From the NCBI GenBank assembly GCA_031430995.1, contig JANPCO010000131.1, positions 25,155-89,154 on the forward strand: a stretch of DNA of 64,000 nucleotides. The letters are read 5' to 3'. The stretch is from Sphingomonadales bacterium (GTDB lineage: Bacteria; Pseudomonadota; Alphaproteobacteria; Sphingomonadales; Sphingomonadaceae). The position numbers and the translations under genes were made by a program. Below, one piece after another: positions 45,944 through 55,459 of the stretch (position 1 is its first letter; the number at the start of each line of letters is the position of its first letter). The notes below the pieces were generated by a model, which worked only from the letters and a program-made list of their open reading frames with translations, ran no database searches and had not been told where the DNA came from.

Positions 45944-47215
45944 CTACTTCCCAATGCAAAAGGCCCCAAAGAGCGCATCGAGCATATCTTCCACGCCTGC
46001 TTTTCCGGTCAGCGCATCAAGCGCGCGGCGGGCCGTGCGGAGATGTTCAGCGGTGATGAGGGGGTCGTTCGACTGTCTGGCGTCCTCCAGTTCAGCAGCC
46101 ACTTGGCTTAATATGCTGCGGTGTCGCGCGTTAAGGGCTAAGGCGCCAGCTTTGGGGAGCAAATCTCTGGCTTGATCCACGAGTGCCACGCGCAGCTCAC
46201 CCAGGCCCGTCTCCGTCGTTGTCGAAACAGGCAGTCCAGGACCAGAGGGAGCGAAATCGCTTTTGGCGGCAATAAGCATAGCGCCGGGCGGCATGTCGCC
46301 CTTATCTCCTAACCACAGGATGATGTCTGCGTGCGCCAACGCCTCACCAGTGCGCTCAATCCCGATCACTTCAACGGCGTCACTCGCATCGTCGCGCAGG
46401 CCCGCTGTGTCGATCAGCAGCAGTGGCAAGCCGTCCAGTACGATAGGGGCTTCGATCTTGTCTCTGGTGGTCCCCGCTATCGCAGTAACGATGGCAGCAT
46501 CGCGACCAATTATAGCATTGAAAAGACTGGATTTTCCTGAATTCGGCGGCCCGGCCAAGACAATCCTTACGCCGTCGCGCAGCCGTTCTGCTGGCGGAGA
46601 GGCCAATAGCATCGACATCTCGGTGACCAACGGCGCCAAACCATCCTGAATGCGTGATGAAACGCCGTGAGGAACATCATCCTCATCCGAAAAATCGAGA
46701 TCAGCCTCCAGTTGCGCTGATAGACGCAGGATATCGCGCTGCCACGCCGCCACTTTGTTGCCAAGTGCGCCTTCGGCCAGCACCAGTGCCGATTGCCGCT
46801 GACCCTCAGTCTCGGCAGACAATAAACCGGCCAGACCCTCAGCTTGGGCCAAGTCTATTCGCCCGTTTTCAAACGCACGGCGGGTAAACTCTCCCGCCGT
46901 CGCAGGTCGCAGCCCCGGTCTTCGCCCCAGACAAGCCAGCACAGCTGCAACAACTGCGCGGCCACCGTGCAAATGAAGTTCCGCCAGATCCTCTCCGGTT
47001 GCTGTCGCCGGTCCGGGAAACCAAAGCACTAGGCCTTCATCCAGAAGCAGGCCGTCCGCTGGATCACAAAGGCGTCTGAAACTTGCGGTTCTAGGTTTGG
47101 GCAGTGGCCCGCCAAGCGCGCTCAATGTGCCACCTGCCGCTGGCCCAGACACGCGGACAACAGCAATGCCTGCAGGGGGTTGCCCGCTGGAAAGCGCAAA
47201 GATCGTGTCAGTCAC
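45944..47215 (-). CDS. mnmE: tRNA modification GTPase MnmE (TrmE)
   Basis: The N-terminus reads VTDTIFALSSGQPPAGIAVVRVSG, the G domain carries GPPNSGKSSLFN, and the C-terminus is CIGK. The GTG start at 47215 was chosen because the longer ORF overlaps the upstream small gene. Confidence 0.85.
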   Translation of the reverse strand: MTDTIFALSSGQPPAGIAVVRVSGPAAGGTLSALGGPLPKPRTASFRRLCDPADGLLLDEGLVLWFPGPATATGEDLAELHLHGGRAVVAAVLACLGRRPGLRPATAGEFTRRAFENGRIDLAQAEGLAGLLSAETEGQRQSALVLAEGALGNKVAAWQRDILRLSAQLEADLDFSDEDDVPHGVSSRIQDGLAPLVTEMSMLLASPPAERLRDGVRIVLAGPPNSGKSSLFNAIIGRDAAIVTAIAGTTRDKIEAPIVLDGLPLLLIDTAGLRDDASDAVEVIGIERTGEALAHADIILWLGDKGDMPPGAMLIAAKSDFAPSGPGLPVSTTTETGLGELRVALVDQARDLLPKAGALALNARHRSILSQVAAELEDARQSNDPLITAEHLRTARRALDALTGKAGVEDMLDALFGAFCIGK

Positions 47216-47238
47216 GGGCGGCGAATGCGAGTTACTGG

Positions 47239-47487
47239 CTACTTCTTTGCCTTCGTCCCCGAAGCAAAAGCACCGATCAGATCCTTGACCATATCCACCC
47301 CGGCCCCGCCCATCGGCACCCAATTGCGGACCATGCCTTCCAGCATATCAGGCGTCACGCCCTTTTTCATGACGTCTTTCACCTGGGCGAGGTAAACTTC
47401 ATGCACGTCGGTCAAATCCGGCAGGCCAATCAAACGGCGAACTTCTTCGGGTGTGGTATCCACTTCAATGTTAAATTTCACGGCCAC
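47239..47487 (-). CDS. Small conserved hypothetical protein (82 aa)
   Basis: This clean ORF has plausible codon usage and reads MAVKFNIEVDTTPEEVRRLIGLPDLT. I think it resembles an alphaproteobacterial DUF, but I cannot name it with confidence. Confidence 0.5.
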   Translation of the reverse strand: MAVKFNIEVDTTPEEVRRLIGLPDLTDVHEVYLAQVKDVMKKGVTPDMLEGMVRNWVPMGGAGVDMVKDLIGAFASGTKAKK

Positions 47488-47532
47488 CGCTCCTGTCTTG
47501 AGATATGATCAACTTCGTCCCAGTATTGCGGC

Positions 47533-48042
47533 ATGCACAGTAGAATCGCAATAGGTTCAATCTCGGTGGCCCAGTATGTCAGCCCAATCGGCATGGTTCT
47601 GCTGAGTGCTGATGAGACGCGGCTAGTATCTGTGCAAATTAGGCCAGCAGGCAGTGCCGCTCATGTTACAGGACACCCCGTGCTTGCAAAGGCCTTATCA
47701 CAAATCCGCGATTGGTTTGCAGGTCATCGGCAGGAATTTGATTTGCCGCTCGTTCCCCTTGAAACAGCGGAAGGACGGGCTCTGCGCGACGGCATTGCGG
47801 CGATTCCTTACGGTGCAACGCGCACCTACGGGGCCGTGGCGCTGGAACGCGGCTCTATCGCTCGCGCTGTCGGCCAGGCCTGCAAAGCCAATGCCTATCC
47901 GCTCATCATCCCCTGCCACCGCGTCACATCCGCTGCAGGACCGGAATTTTACTCAGCCGGGAACGGCGCGCGCACCAAAGGCTGGCTGCTTGATTTCGAA
48001 CAAAATCACCTCCACCCAAATCAAAGGACAAGATTGATATGA
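47533..48042 (+). CDS. ogt: Methylated-DNA-protein-cysteine methyltransferase
   Basis: It has the IPCHRV active-site motif. Confidence 0.85.
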   Translation: MHSRIAIGSISVAQYVSPIGMVLLSADETRLVSVQIRPAGSAAHVTGHPVLAKALSQIRDWFAGHRQEFDLPLVPLETAEGRALRDGIAAIPYGATRTYGAVALERGSIARAVGQACKANAYPLIIPCHRVTSAAGPEFYSAGNGARTKGWLLDFEQNHLHPNQRTRLI

Positions 48043-48728
48043 CAATGACCGCAATTGGCCAAATGAACGCTTATGTCGCTGCGCCCGCAGGCACGCCCAA
48101 GGCAGCGATCATTGTCATTCAGGAAATTTTTGGCGTAAACGCCGGAATCAGGCGGAAATGCGACCGTTGGGCAGCGGCAGGTTACTTGGCCGTCGCGCCT
48201 GACCTGTTCTGGCGGTTTGCACCGGGATGTAATCTTGATCCTGATGTTGAAGCGGACCTGAACGCAGCCTTTGGCCATTTTCAGCGCTATGACGCCAACG
48301 AAGGTGTGGTTGATCTAGAAGCGACAATCAAAGCCGTCCGCGCTGGCACCCTGGGCCACGCGCCTGTCGAAAACGTGGGTGCGGTGGGATATTGCCTTGG
48401 CGGTCGGCTTGCTTACATGATGGCGTGCCGCACTGATATTGATGCCAGCGTCGGTTATTACGGCGTCATGATTGATCAGATGCTGGGCGAGTCCCACGCC
48501 ATCGCCAACCCGCTGATGCTCCACATTCCGACCGCTGATCATTTCGTCGGGCCAGAGGCGCAAGCCGCGATCCACGGTGGGCTAGACGGCAACCACCACG
48601 TGACCCTCCACGATTATCCGGGGCTGGATCACGGCTTTGCAGCTGAAATGGGGTCGCGCCGGGATCAGGAAGGCGCCTGTCTGGCCGATGCCAGAACAGA
48701 CGCATTTTTTGGAGAACATCTGAGCTAG
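48039..48728 (+). CDS. Dienelactone hydrolase family protein
   Basis: It has the IIVIQEIFGVN stretch, a GYCLGG nucleophile motif and a C-terminal His region. Confidence 0.8.
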   Translation: MTMTAIGQMNAYVAAPAGTPKAAIIVIQEIFGVNAGIRRKCDRWAAAGYLAVAPDLFWRFAPGCNLDPDVEADLNAAFGHFQRYDANEGVVDLEATIKAVRAGTLGHAPVENVGAVGYCLGGRLAYMMACRTDIDASVGYYGVMIDQMLGESHAIANPLMLHIPTADHFVGPEAQAAIHGGLDGNHHVTLHDYPGLDHGFAAEMGSRRDQEGACLADARTDAFFGEHLS

Positions 48729-48750
48729 TGCGACGGTAACTGCACTCTAC

Positions 48751-49398
48751 TCAGCCGCTCAAGAATTCCATGAAATGGGGGTGCACATCATGCCACCCTT
48801 CCCAGATCATTTTGCCAGCGACATAGACAATCACCACTAAGCCTACCCAAGCGATCCAGCGATACCGTTCGATATATTTGGCAATGAAGTTAGCCGCGAT
48901 GCCCATCATGGCGACAGAAAGAACAAGCCCGAATATCAACACATAAGGGTGATCACGCGCCGCACCAGCAACCGCCAGAACATTATCAAGGCTCATTGAA
49001 ACATCTGCCAAGGCAACACCCCAAGCCGCACTGGCAAAGGTTTTTTGCGCCGTGATGCCGGACTGTTCATCCCCAGCCACCTCAGGCGATCCGGGATTGG
49101 CCGACGCATGATGCAATTCACGGTACATCCGCCAGGCGACCCAAAGCAGCAGCAAGCCACCTGCAAATACCAGCCCTGTAATGCCCAGCAGCGCACTGAC
49201 GCTCAAGGCAAAAACGATCCGCAGCACAAGAGCTGCGGCAATACCAATGGCGATCACCTTTTTGCGCTGTTCAGCCGGCAGCCCAGCGGCCAAAGCCCCG
49301 ACAACAATGGCATTGTCGCCAGCCAGGATGATATCGATCATCAAAACCTGGCCCAGAGCAGCAAGCGCTGCTGCATCCGTCAAAGACGCCCAATCCAT
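48751..49398 (-). CDS. TerC/YjbE-family integral membrane protein (paralogue 2)
   Basis: It has the LAGDNAIVVG and SLDNVLAVAGAAR motifs. Confidence 0.8.
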   Translation of the reverse strand: MDWASLTDAAALAALGQVLMIDIILAGDNAIVVGALAAGLPAEQRKKVIAIGIAAALVLRIVFALSVSALLGITGLVFAGGLLLLWVAWRMYRELHHASANPGSPEVAGDEQSGITAQKTFASAAWGVALADVSMSLDNVLAVAGAARDHPYVLIFGLVLSVAMMGIAANFIAKYIERYRWIAWVGLVVIVYVAGKMIWEGWHDVHPHFMEFLSG

Positions 49399-49402
49399 GT
49401 GA

Positions 49403-50056
49403 TCAATTTCCCTGAATGAAAGTAAGAACCAGTGGTGCCACTTGATGGCTGCCTTCCCAGATCATGCCAACGGCAACGTAGAGAATGACAATCAACCCGA
49501 TCCAGGCGATCCAGTGATATCTCTGCACCAATTTCGCGACAAAGTTCGCGGCCAACCCCATGAGCGTGACGGACAAGGCAAGACCAAAAAACAGCACTGT
49601 TGGATGTTCGCGCGCCGCAGAGGCAACTGCCAGCACATTATCTAGGCTCATCGACAGATCAGCAATAGTCACTTGGATGGCAGCTTGCAAAAATGTCTTG
49701 GTGGCAGGTGGCCCTTCAACAACGTCTGTGGCGGGATCATCAGCAACGATCACTGTGGCGGGGCGCAGTTCCCGGTACATGCCGTATGACACCCACAACA
49801 ACAACAAACCACCGGCGAGCAAAAGGCCTGTCAGCTGCAACAGCCATGTCGCCATCAGGGCAAAGCCAATGAGAAAAAACAGCGCCATACCAACGCCGAC
49901 CATGATCACGCGCTGCCGGTCCTTGGCTGGCAGACCAGACGCCAAAGTGCCAATGATAACAACGTTATCGCCTGCCATTGTCAGATCGATCAGGATGACC
50001 TGAAACAGTGTCGCCATGCCAGCCGCCGTAAACACATCGGCAAAATCAATGACCAT
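49403..50056 (-). CDS. TerC/YjbE-family integral membrane protein (paralogue 1)
   Basis: It has the MAGDNVVIIG and SLDNVLAVASAAR motifs. It is collinear with the neighbouring paralogue. Confidence 0.8.
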   Translation of the reverse strand: MVIDFADVFTAAGMATLFQVILIDLTMAGDNVVIIGTLASGLPAKDRQRVIMVGVGMALFFLIGFALMATWLLQLTGLLLAGGLLLLWVSYGMYRELRPATVIVADDPATDVVEGPPATKTFLQAAIQVTIADLSMSLDNVLAVASAAREHPTVLFFGLALSVTLMGLAANFVAKLVQRYHWIAWIGLIVILYVAVGMIWEGSHQVAPLVLTFIQGN

Positions 50057-50069
50057 GAACGTTTCTTTC

Positions 50070-51326
50070 TTACTGGTTCATTGAATCGAAGAAATCATCG
50101 TTGGTCTTGCTGTCTTTCATCTTGTCGAGCAGAAACTCCATCGCGTCGACAGTGCCCATCTGCATCAGGATACGGCGCAGCATCCACATTTTGCTAAGCT
50201 TGTCCTTTTCGACCAGCAGTTCTTCCTTGCGCGTGCCAGACTTGCCAACATCAAGTGCGGGGAAAATGCGCTTGTCAGCCACTTTGCGGTCAAGCACGAT
50301 TTCTGAATTGCCTGTGCCTTTGAATTCTTCAAAAATCACTTCATCCATCCGGCTGCCTGTATCGATCAGCGCCGTTGCAATGATGGATAATGATCCGCCT
50401 TCCTCAATGTTCCGCGCCGCGCCGAAAAAGCGTTTCGGACGCTGGAGCGCATTGGCATCAACACCGCCCGTCAGCACTTTGCCGCTTGACGGAACCACTG
50501 TGTTGTAAGCCCGGCCAAGACGGGTGATGCTATCGAGCAAAATGACGACGTCTTTCTTGTGCTCAACCAGTCGCTTGGCCTTTTCGATCACCATTTCAGC
50601 CACTTGAACGTGGCGCTGGGCAGGCTCGTCAAAGGTTGAGCTAATCACTTCGCCTTTCACGCTGCGCTGCATGTCAGTGACTTCCTCTGGCCGTTCATCA
50701 ACCAGCAGCACCAGCAGGAAAACTTCGGGATGGTTGTCCGTAATGGCCTTGGCCATATTCTGGAGCAGCACAGTTTTGCCGGTGCGCGGCGGCGCAACGA
50801 TCAGCGCGCGCTGGCCTTTGCCTTGCGGCGAAATGATATCGATCACGCGCGCAGACTTGTCCTTCACGGTCGGATCAAGACAATCCAGTTTCAACCGGCG
50901 ATCCGGATAAAGCGGCGTCAGATTGTCAAAATTGACGCGGTGGCGCACAACATCGGGATCATCAAAATTGATCAGCTTGATGGCAGTGAGTGCAAAATAA
51001 CGTTCGCCGTCTTTTGGCCCGCGAATTTCACCTTCGACTGTGTCGCCCGTGCGCAGTCCGAACTTGCGGACCATGTTAGGCGACACATAAATATCATCCG
51101 GGCCGGCCAGATAATTGGACTGAGGCGAGCGGAGAAAGCCAAAGCCATCAGACATGACTTCAATGGTGCCTTCGCCAATAATCTCTTCGCCATTTTCAGA
51201 CTCGACTTTCAAAATGGCGAACATGATATCTTGTTTGCGCAGCGTCGATGCGGCCTCTACCCCCAGCTCTTCAGCCATTTCGACCAATTGCGCGGGGGTT
51301 TTTTTCTTCAGTTCTTTTAAGTGCAT
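50070..51326 (-). CDS. rho: Transcription termination factor Rho
   Basis: The N-terminus reads [22 protein letters not shown]. It has a cold-shock-like RNA-binding domain and a Walker A site (PPRTGKT). Confidence 0.97.
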   Translation of the reverse strand: MHLKELKKKTPAQLVEMAEELGVEAASTLRKQDIMFAILKVESENGEEIIGEGTIEVMSDGFGFLRSPQSNYLAGPDDIYVSPNMVRKFGLRTGDTVEGEIRGPKDGERYFALTAIKLINFDDPDVVRHRVNFDNLTPLYPDRRLKLDCLDPTVKDKSARVIDIISPQGKGQRALIVAPPRTGKTVLLQNMAKAITDNHPEVFLLVLLVDERPEEVTDMQRSVKGEVISSTFDEPAQRHVQVAEMVIEKAKRLVEHKKDVVILLDSITRLGRAYNTVVPSSGKVLTGGVDANALQRPKRFFGAARNIEEGGSLSIIATALIDTGSRMDEVIFEEFKGTGNSEIVLDRKVADKRIFPALDVGKSGTRKEELLVEKDKLSKMWMLRRILMQMGTVDAMEFLLDKMKDSKTNDDFFDSMNQ

Positions 51327-51454
51327 GAAAAATCCAGATTGGGATGTAGGGGGTCCAGCAGGTCAATCATGTGAGGTGCTGGATGGCCGACGCAGGACGC
51401 GCGGCAACTGGTAGTTAAATATGAGAGCCCAGTCTTTAAGTCAAGTCAGCGCAT

Positions 51455-51880
51455 TCAGAACGGCTTAACGACCACAAGAATCACGATCAAAATTGTTGCG
51501 ACACTGGGGATTTCGTTCAGCAGTCGCAGTGTTTTTCCGGCCAGTGCGCGCTCTCCACTGGCCAATTTACCAGCATAACCAACCATCCACCCGTGATAGC
51601 CCGACAGGCCGAGAACCAGCAGCAGTTTGATCAGCATCCATCCATGCAAGAAGGCATTGCTCTGCACGGCAAGCGTCATACCAAGCACCCAGACTGCCGT
51701 GATTGACGGGTTCATGATGATCCGCAACAGCCGTGCTTCACGCTCCACCCATGCTTTATCTTCAGGTGAGCCCTGCGTGCTTTCCTGATGATAGACAAAA
51801 AAGCGGGGCATCATGAACAACCCTGCCATCCAGAAAATCACCACAATCACGTGAAAAGCTGTGAGCCAAAGATAGATCAT
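51455..51880 (-). CDS. hemJ: HemJ-type protoporphyrinogen IX oxidase
   Basis: It is a 141-aa, 4-TM protein with FHVIVVIFWMAGLFMMPRFFVY. Its start overlaps the hemE stop. Confidence 0.75.
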   Translation of the reverse strand: MIYLWLTAFHVIVVIFWMAGLFMMPRFFVYHQESTQGSPEDKAWVEREARLLRIIMNPSITAVWVLGMTLAVQSNAFLHGWMLIKLLLVLGLSGYHGWMVGYAGKLASGERALAGKTLRLLNEIPSVATILIVILVVVKPF

Positions 51881-52893
51881 GGCCGCCGCACGCGAGCAAG
51901 CAACGCCTCAACATGCGCAAGTGGCGTTGGCGGTAGGATGCCGTGGCCGAGATTGAAGATATGCGGCCGAGTGGGGAATGCTGCCATGATCCGGTCAACA
52001 GCCTGTTCAAGCGCTGAGCCACCCGCCAGCAGCGCCAGCGGATCCAGATTGCCTTGCACTGGCAAACTCGCAGGCAAAACCGCGTTCGCCCAGGCCGGAT
52101 CAACCGTTTCGTCCAGGCCAAGCGCATCAACGCCAGTCTCACGCGCGTAAGCGACGAGTTTACCGCCAGCCCCTTTGGGAAACCCAATGACAGGCGTGTC
52201 CGGGTGCCGTGTCTTCACCCCTGCAACAATCGCCGCATTGGGTGCAATGACCCAGCGTTCAAACTGGGCCGGCGATAGACTACCCGCCCAACTGTCAAAC
52301 AGCTGCACAGCTTCAACTCCGGCCTCAATCTGACGGCACAGATAGTCGGTGGTCATTGCAACAATAGCGTCAATCACATCACCAAAGGCCGCTTCATCTT
52401 GATAAGCCATTGTCCGCGCTGCTGCCTGATCCTTGCTGCCTTTGCCTGCCACCATGTAAGTGGCAATGGTCCAGGGGCTGCCAGCAAAGCCCAGGAAGGT
52501 CGTGGGGGGCGGCAGAGAGGCCGCGACGCGCTTAATGGTCTCATAGATAGGCAAAAGCCGGTGAGGGGCCTTCACGAGCCTCTCAAAGGCTGCATCAGTG
52601 AGCGTAGGCGCTAGCCTGGGCCCTTCCCCTTCCTCAAACCATAGATTCTGCCCCAGCGCGTGAGGAATGACGAGAATGTCGGAAAACAGGATAGCACCGT
52701 CAAACCCGAACCGCCGGACCGGCTGCAACGTCACTTCAGATGCGGCCTCAGGATCATAACATAGATCAAGAAACCCGCCTTTATCAGCACGCAAAGCGCG
52801 GTATTCTGGCAGATAGCGCCCGGCCTGACGCATCAGCCAAACCGGAGGCACGGATTGACGCTGACCACGCAGCGTTTCGAGAAGAGGCTTCAT
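51877..52893 (-). CDS. hemE: Uroporphyrinogen decarboxylase
   Basis: It has the PVWLMRQAGRYLPEY motif. The ATG at 52893 is preferred over the GTG at 52896. Confidence 0.95.
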   Translation of the reverse strand: MKPLLETLRGQRQSVPPVWLMRQAGRYLPEYRALRADKGGFLDLCYDPEAASEVTLQPVRRFGFDGAILFSDILVIPHALGQNLWFEEGEGPRLAPTLTDAAFERLVKAPHRLLPIYETIKRVAASLPPPTTFLGFAGSPWTIATYMVAGKGSKDQAAARTMAYQDEAAFGDVIDAIVAMTTDYLCRQIEAGVEAVQLFDSWAGSLSPAQFERWVIAPNAAIVAGVKTRHPDTPVIGFPKGAGGKLVAYARETGVDALGLDETVDPAWANAVLPASLPVQGNLDPLALLAGGSALEQAVDRIMAAFPTRPHIFNLGHGILPPTPLAHVEALLARVRRP

Positions 52894-53037
52894 CACGCGC
52901 CTCCCCTAATCCTTATAAGAAGAATCTCAAGGTTGTTGATTGATGTAGGCAGCACAATACCGGGGGTTAACAATTGTCCCCAAATATCAGCCTTTGGCGC
53001 AAGTATATTTGGCGCGAGTCGCTTGGAGTCGTCCCCA

Positions 53038-53046
53038 TTATCCACA
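53038..53046 (+). promoter_or_regulatory. DnaA box TTATCCACA
   Basis: It is an exact match to the consensus DnaA box. Confidence 0.75.
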
Positions 53047-53069
53047 ACCATCATCAAACGCTGGTAGCG

Positions 53070-53078
53070 TGGGGATAA
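53070..53078 (-). promoter_or_regulatory. DnaA box variant TTATCCCCA
   Basis: It has one mismatch to the consensus and lies on the opposite strand to the two perfect boxes. Confidence 0.5.
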
Positions 53079-53161
53079 AGCGTGGGGCCAATTCCATCAC
53101 TACGGGCATCAAACCGGTGCTTGCGATGATGCGCAGATTTCAGCTACGCCAGTCCCGTGGG

Positions 53162-53170
53162 TTATCCACA
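53162..53170 (+). promoter_or_regulatory. DnaA box TTATCCACA
   Basis: It is an exact match to the consensus DnaA box. Confidence 0.75.
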
Positions 53171-53227
53171 GCCAGTGGCCATAACATCAGGCCGTGGCCA
53201 TGACATTGCAGCGCAGGGACTGAACAT

Positions 53228-54049
53228 TTGACGACGACACGCTTGCATCTTCACTTAGTCTCAGACTCAACGGGGGAAACGCTGGAAACCATCGCCAAGT
53301 CTGCGCTGGCTTTGTTTGACGGTGTGGAAACGGTCAAGCATTTCTGGCCCATGGTGCGCACTGAGGGCCATCTGGCACGAACTTTGGATGAAGTGGTGGC
53401 CAATCCCGGGCTGGTGCTGTTCACAATGGTCAGTAATGACATGCGGGTCATGCTGGAACGGCGCTGTGCGGCGCTGGCCCTACCGACCGTTGCTGTGCTT
53501 GATCCAGTTGTTGACGCTTTGTCGGCGGTTCTGGGCCAAACCGCAAAGGCGCGGCGGGGATGGCAGCATAGTTTGGATGCTGCTTATTTTGACCGCGTTG
53601 AAGCGATCCAGTTCACCATTGCTCATGACGACGGGGCAGCCTGTGAAAATTGGGATCAGGCCGATATCATTTTGGCCGGTGTGTCCCGAACATCCAAAAC
53701 ACCGACGGCCATTTACCTTGCCAACCGCGGGTATAAAACCGCGAACGTCCCGCTGGTGATTGAATCGCCGCCGCCCGATATCCTTTACAATCTGACAAAG
53801 CCGCTGATTGTCGGGCTCGTGATCAACCCTGAGCGTCTGATTCAGGTCCGCCGCAACCGGCTATTGTCGCTCAATCAAGCCCCGGAAACAGATTATGTTG
53901 ATGTGGAATCCGTCCAGCGCGAAGTGGCTTTCGCGCGCCGGATATTCGCGGATAACGGCTGGCCAGTCATAGACGTTACACGCCGCTCAATTGAGGAAGT
54001 GGCCGCTGCAATCATCAATTTACGGCAGGAAGCGACGTCCCCAGAATGA
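53228..54049 (+). CDS. DUF299 kinase/pyrophosphorylase (PpsR/PDRP family)
   Basis: It has the HLVSDSTGETL stretch and GVSRTSKTP P-loop-like motifs. It starts with TTG. Confidence 0.85.
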   Translation: MTTTRLHLHLVSDSTGETLETIAKSALALFDGVETVKHFWPMVRTEGHLARTLDEVVANPGLVLFTMVSNDMRVMLERRCAALALPTVAVLDPVVDALSAVLGQTAKARRGWQHSLDAAYFDRVEAIQFTIAHDDGAACENWDQADIILAGVSRTSKTPTAIYLANRGYKTANVPLVIESPPPDILYNLTKPLIVGLVINPERLIQVRRNRLLSLNQAPETDYVDVESVQREVAFARRIFADNGWPVIDVTRRSIEEVAAAIINLRQEATSPE

Positions 54050-54062
54050 CCGTGATCCCAGA

Positions 54063-54653
54063 ATGCAATTGATTCTTGCCTCAGCCAGTGCCTCACGCCG
54101 TGCGATGCTAGACGCTGCCGGTGTGCCGCATCAGGCCTGCCCCGCTGATGTCGACGAACCAACGATCAAGCAGGTATTGCTGGGTCAAGGCGCGCCGCCT
54201 GCCGCCATTGCGCTGGCACTGGCAGAGGCCAAAGCTGTTGCCGTTTCTCAGCTGCATCCGTCATTGCTGGTTTTGGGGGGAGATTCCGTTGTGGCGGTCA
54301 ATGACTGTATGTTTGACAAGCCAGTCAGCCTGGAAAATGCGAGGGATCATCTGCGTTTCTTTTCAGGGCAAACAATAATTTTGATGAGTGCCGCTGTGCT
54401 GGCCCGGGATGGCCGCGTCACTGACACAGTGGTCGATACGGCAAGCTTGGCCGTGCGGGAGTTGTCAGACGCATTTATCGATGATTATCTATTCCATGAA
54501 TGGCCTGCCATTGCGGGATGTGTTGGCTGCTTTAGGATGGAAGCGCGCGGGGTCCAGCTGTTTGAAAGCGTCAGCGGCAATCATTTCACAATTTTAGGCA
54601 TGCCGCTGCTTTGGGTTTTGGCCGCCCTTCGCCGTCAAGGAGACCTTAGGTGA
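54063..54653 (+). CDS. maf: Maf-like nucleotide pyrophosphatase
   Basis: The protein reads MQLILASASASRRAMLDAAGV. Confidence 0.85.
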   Translation: MQLILASASASRRAMLDAAGVPHQACPADVDEPTIKQVLLGQGAPPAAIALALAEAKAVAVSQLHPSLLVLGGDSVVAVNDCMFDKPVSLENARDHLRFFSGQTIILMSAAVLARDGRVTDTVVDTASLAVRELSDAFIDDYLFHEWPAIAGCVGCFRMEARGVQLFESVSGNHFTILGMPLLWVLAALRRQGDLR

Positions 54654-55459
54654 CGGGACTTTATGCCGAAGTGATTGGCGATCCGATCGCGCAAAGTAAA
54701 TCACCCATGATCCACCGGTTCTGGCTTGGTAAATTAGGGATCGAAGCGGATTACTCCGCCTGTCGCGTCCGCCCGGACGAGTTAGAAGATTATATTGGGC
54801 GACGACGTGAGGATCCGCTCTGGCAAGGCTGCAATGTGACAATGCCGCATAAAATAGCCATTCTTGATCATGTGACTGATCCTGGAAATGTGCGGGCATC
54901 CATCGGTGCTGTGAATACTGTCATCCGGCAAAACGGGGTCCTGATGGGCACTAACACTGACGCGGCTGGCTTTATGGCACCGATCCTTGATCTGCCACTG
55001 GAGGGCGCGCCAGTGGTGATTGTGGGCACAGGCGGCGCGGCTCAAGCCGTCTTTTTTGCGTTGCGGCAAATCGGTGCTGGGCCCGTGACGATCCTGGCGC
55101 GCAATGCCCTGAAAGGCGCTGCGTTGCTGGCGCGCTTTGGGTTGAAGGGAGACGTGAAGGGTCTGAACGCAGTGCTTCCGCCTGTTTCATTGGTGGTGAA
55201 TGCAAGTGCACTGGGCATGGCAGGGCAACTGCCGCTGGAGTTGGACCTTTCGACGCTGCCAGAGGGCGCGCTGGTTTATGACCTTGTCTACTCGCCGCTT
55301 GAAACAGGCCTGCTGAAAGCCGCGCGTGAACGCGGCCTGGAAACCGTCGACGGGCTTGATATGCTGATTGGTCAAGCAGCTCTCGCGTTTGAGATGTTTT
55401 TCGGTGCTCCTGTGCCCGCAGACTGTGATGACGAATTGCGGGCGCTTCTCATCTCATGA
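54650..55459 (+). CDS. aroE: Shikimate dehydrogenase
   Basis: It has the GDPIAQSKSPMIH and NVTMPHK motifs and a GTGGAA NADP site. Confidence 0.9.
   Translation: MTGLYAEVIGDPIAQSKSPMIHRFWLGKLGIEADYSACRVRPDELEDYIGRRREDPLWQGCNVTMPHKIAILDHVTDPGNVRASIGAVNTVIRQNGVLMGTNTDAAGFMAPILDLPLEGAPVVIVGTGGAAQAVFFALRQIGAGPVTILARNALKGAALLARFGLKGDVKGLNAVLPPVSLVVNASALGMAGQLPLELDLSTLPEGALVYDLVYSPLETGLLKAARERGLETVDGLDMLIGQAALAFEMFFGAPVPADCDDELRALLIS

Larger units (their letters stand above)
52894..53227. other. Candidate chromosomal replication origin (oriC) in the hemE / DUF299 spacer
   Basis: It is a 334-bp non-coding gap between divergent genes. It holds two perfect TTATCCACA boxes, one TTATCCCCA box and an AT-rich tract at 52907-52947 (12/41 G+C by hand count). 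The position matches the conserved alphaproteobacterial origin locus. Confidence 0.7.

Noticed and set aside
50057-50069. A yybP-ykoY (Mn) riboswitch upstream of the TerC-family genes.
   Set aside because: Only 13 nt separate the rho stop from the first TerC start, which cannot accommodate a ~100-nt riboswitch.
52855-53203. Small plus-strand ORFs (70 and 69 aa) inside the hemE-DUF299 spacer.
   Set aside because: They span the DnaA boxes and the AT-rich tract and have no RBS or homology. The region is better explained as oriC.
52894-53227. CtrA-type TTAA-N7-TTAA sites in the candidate origin.
   Set aside because: I looked for them because Caulobacter Cori has five, but I found no full TTAA-N7-TTAA match by eye. 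I therefore make no claim of CtrA control.
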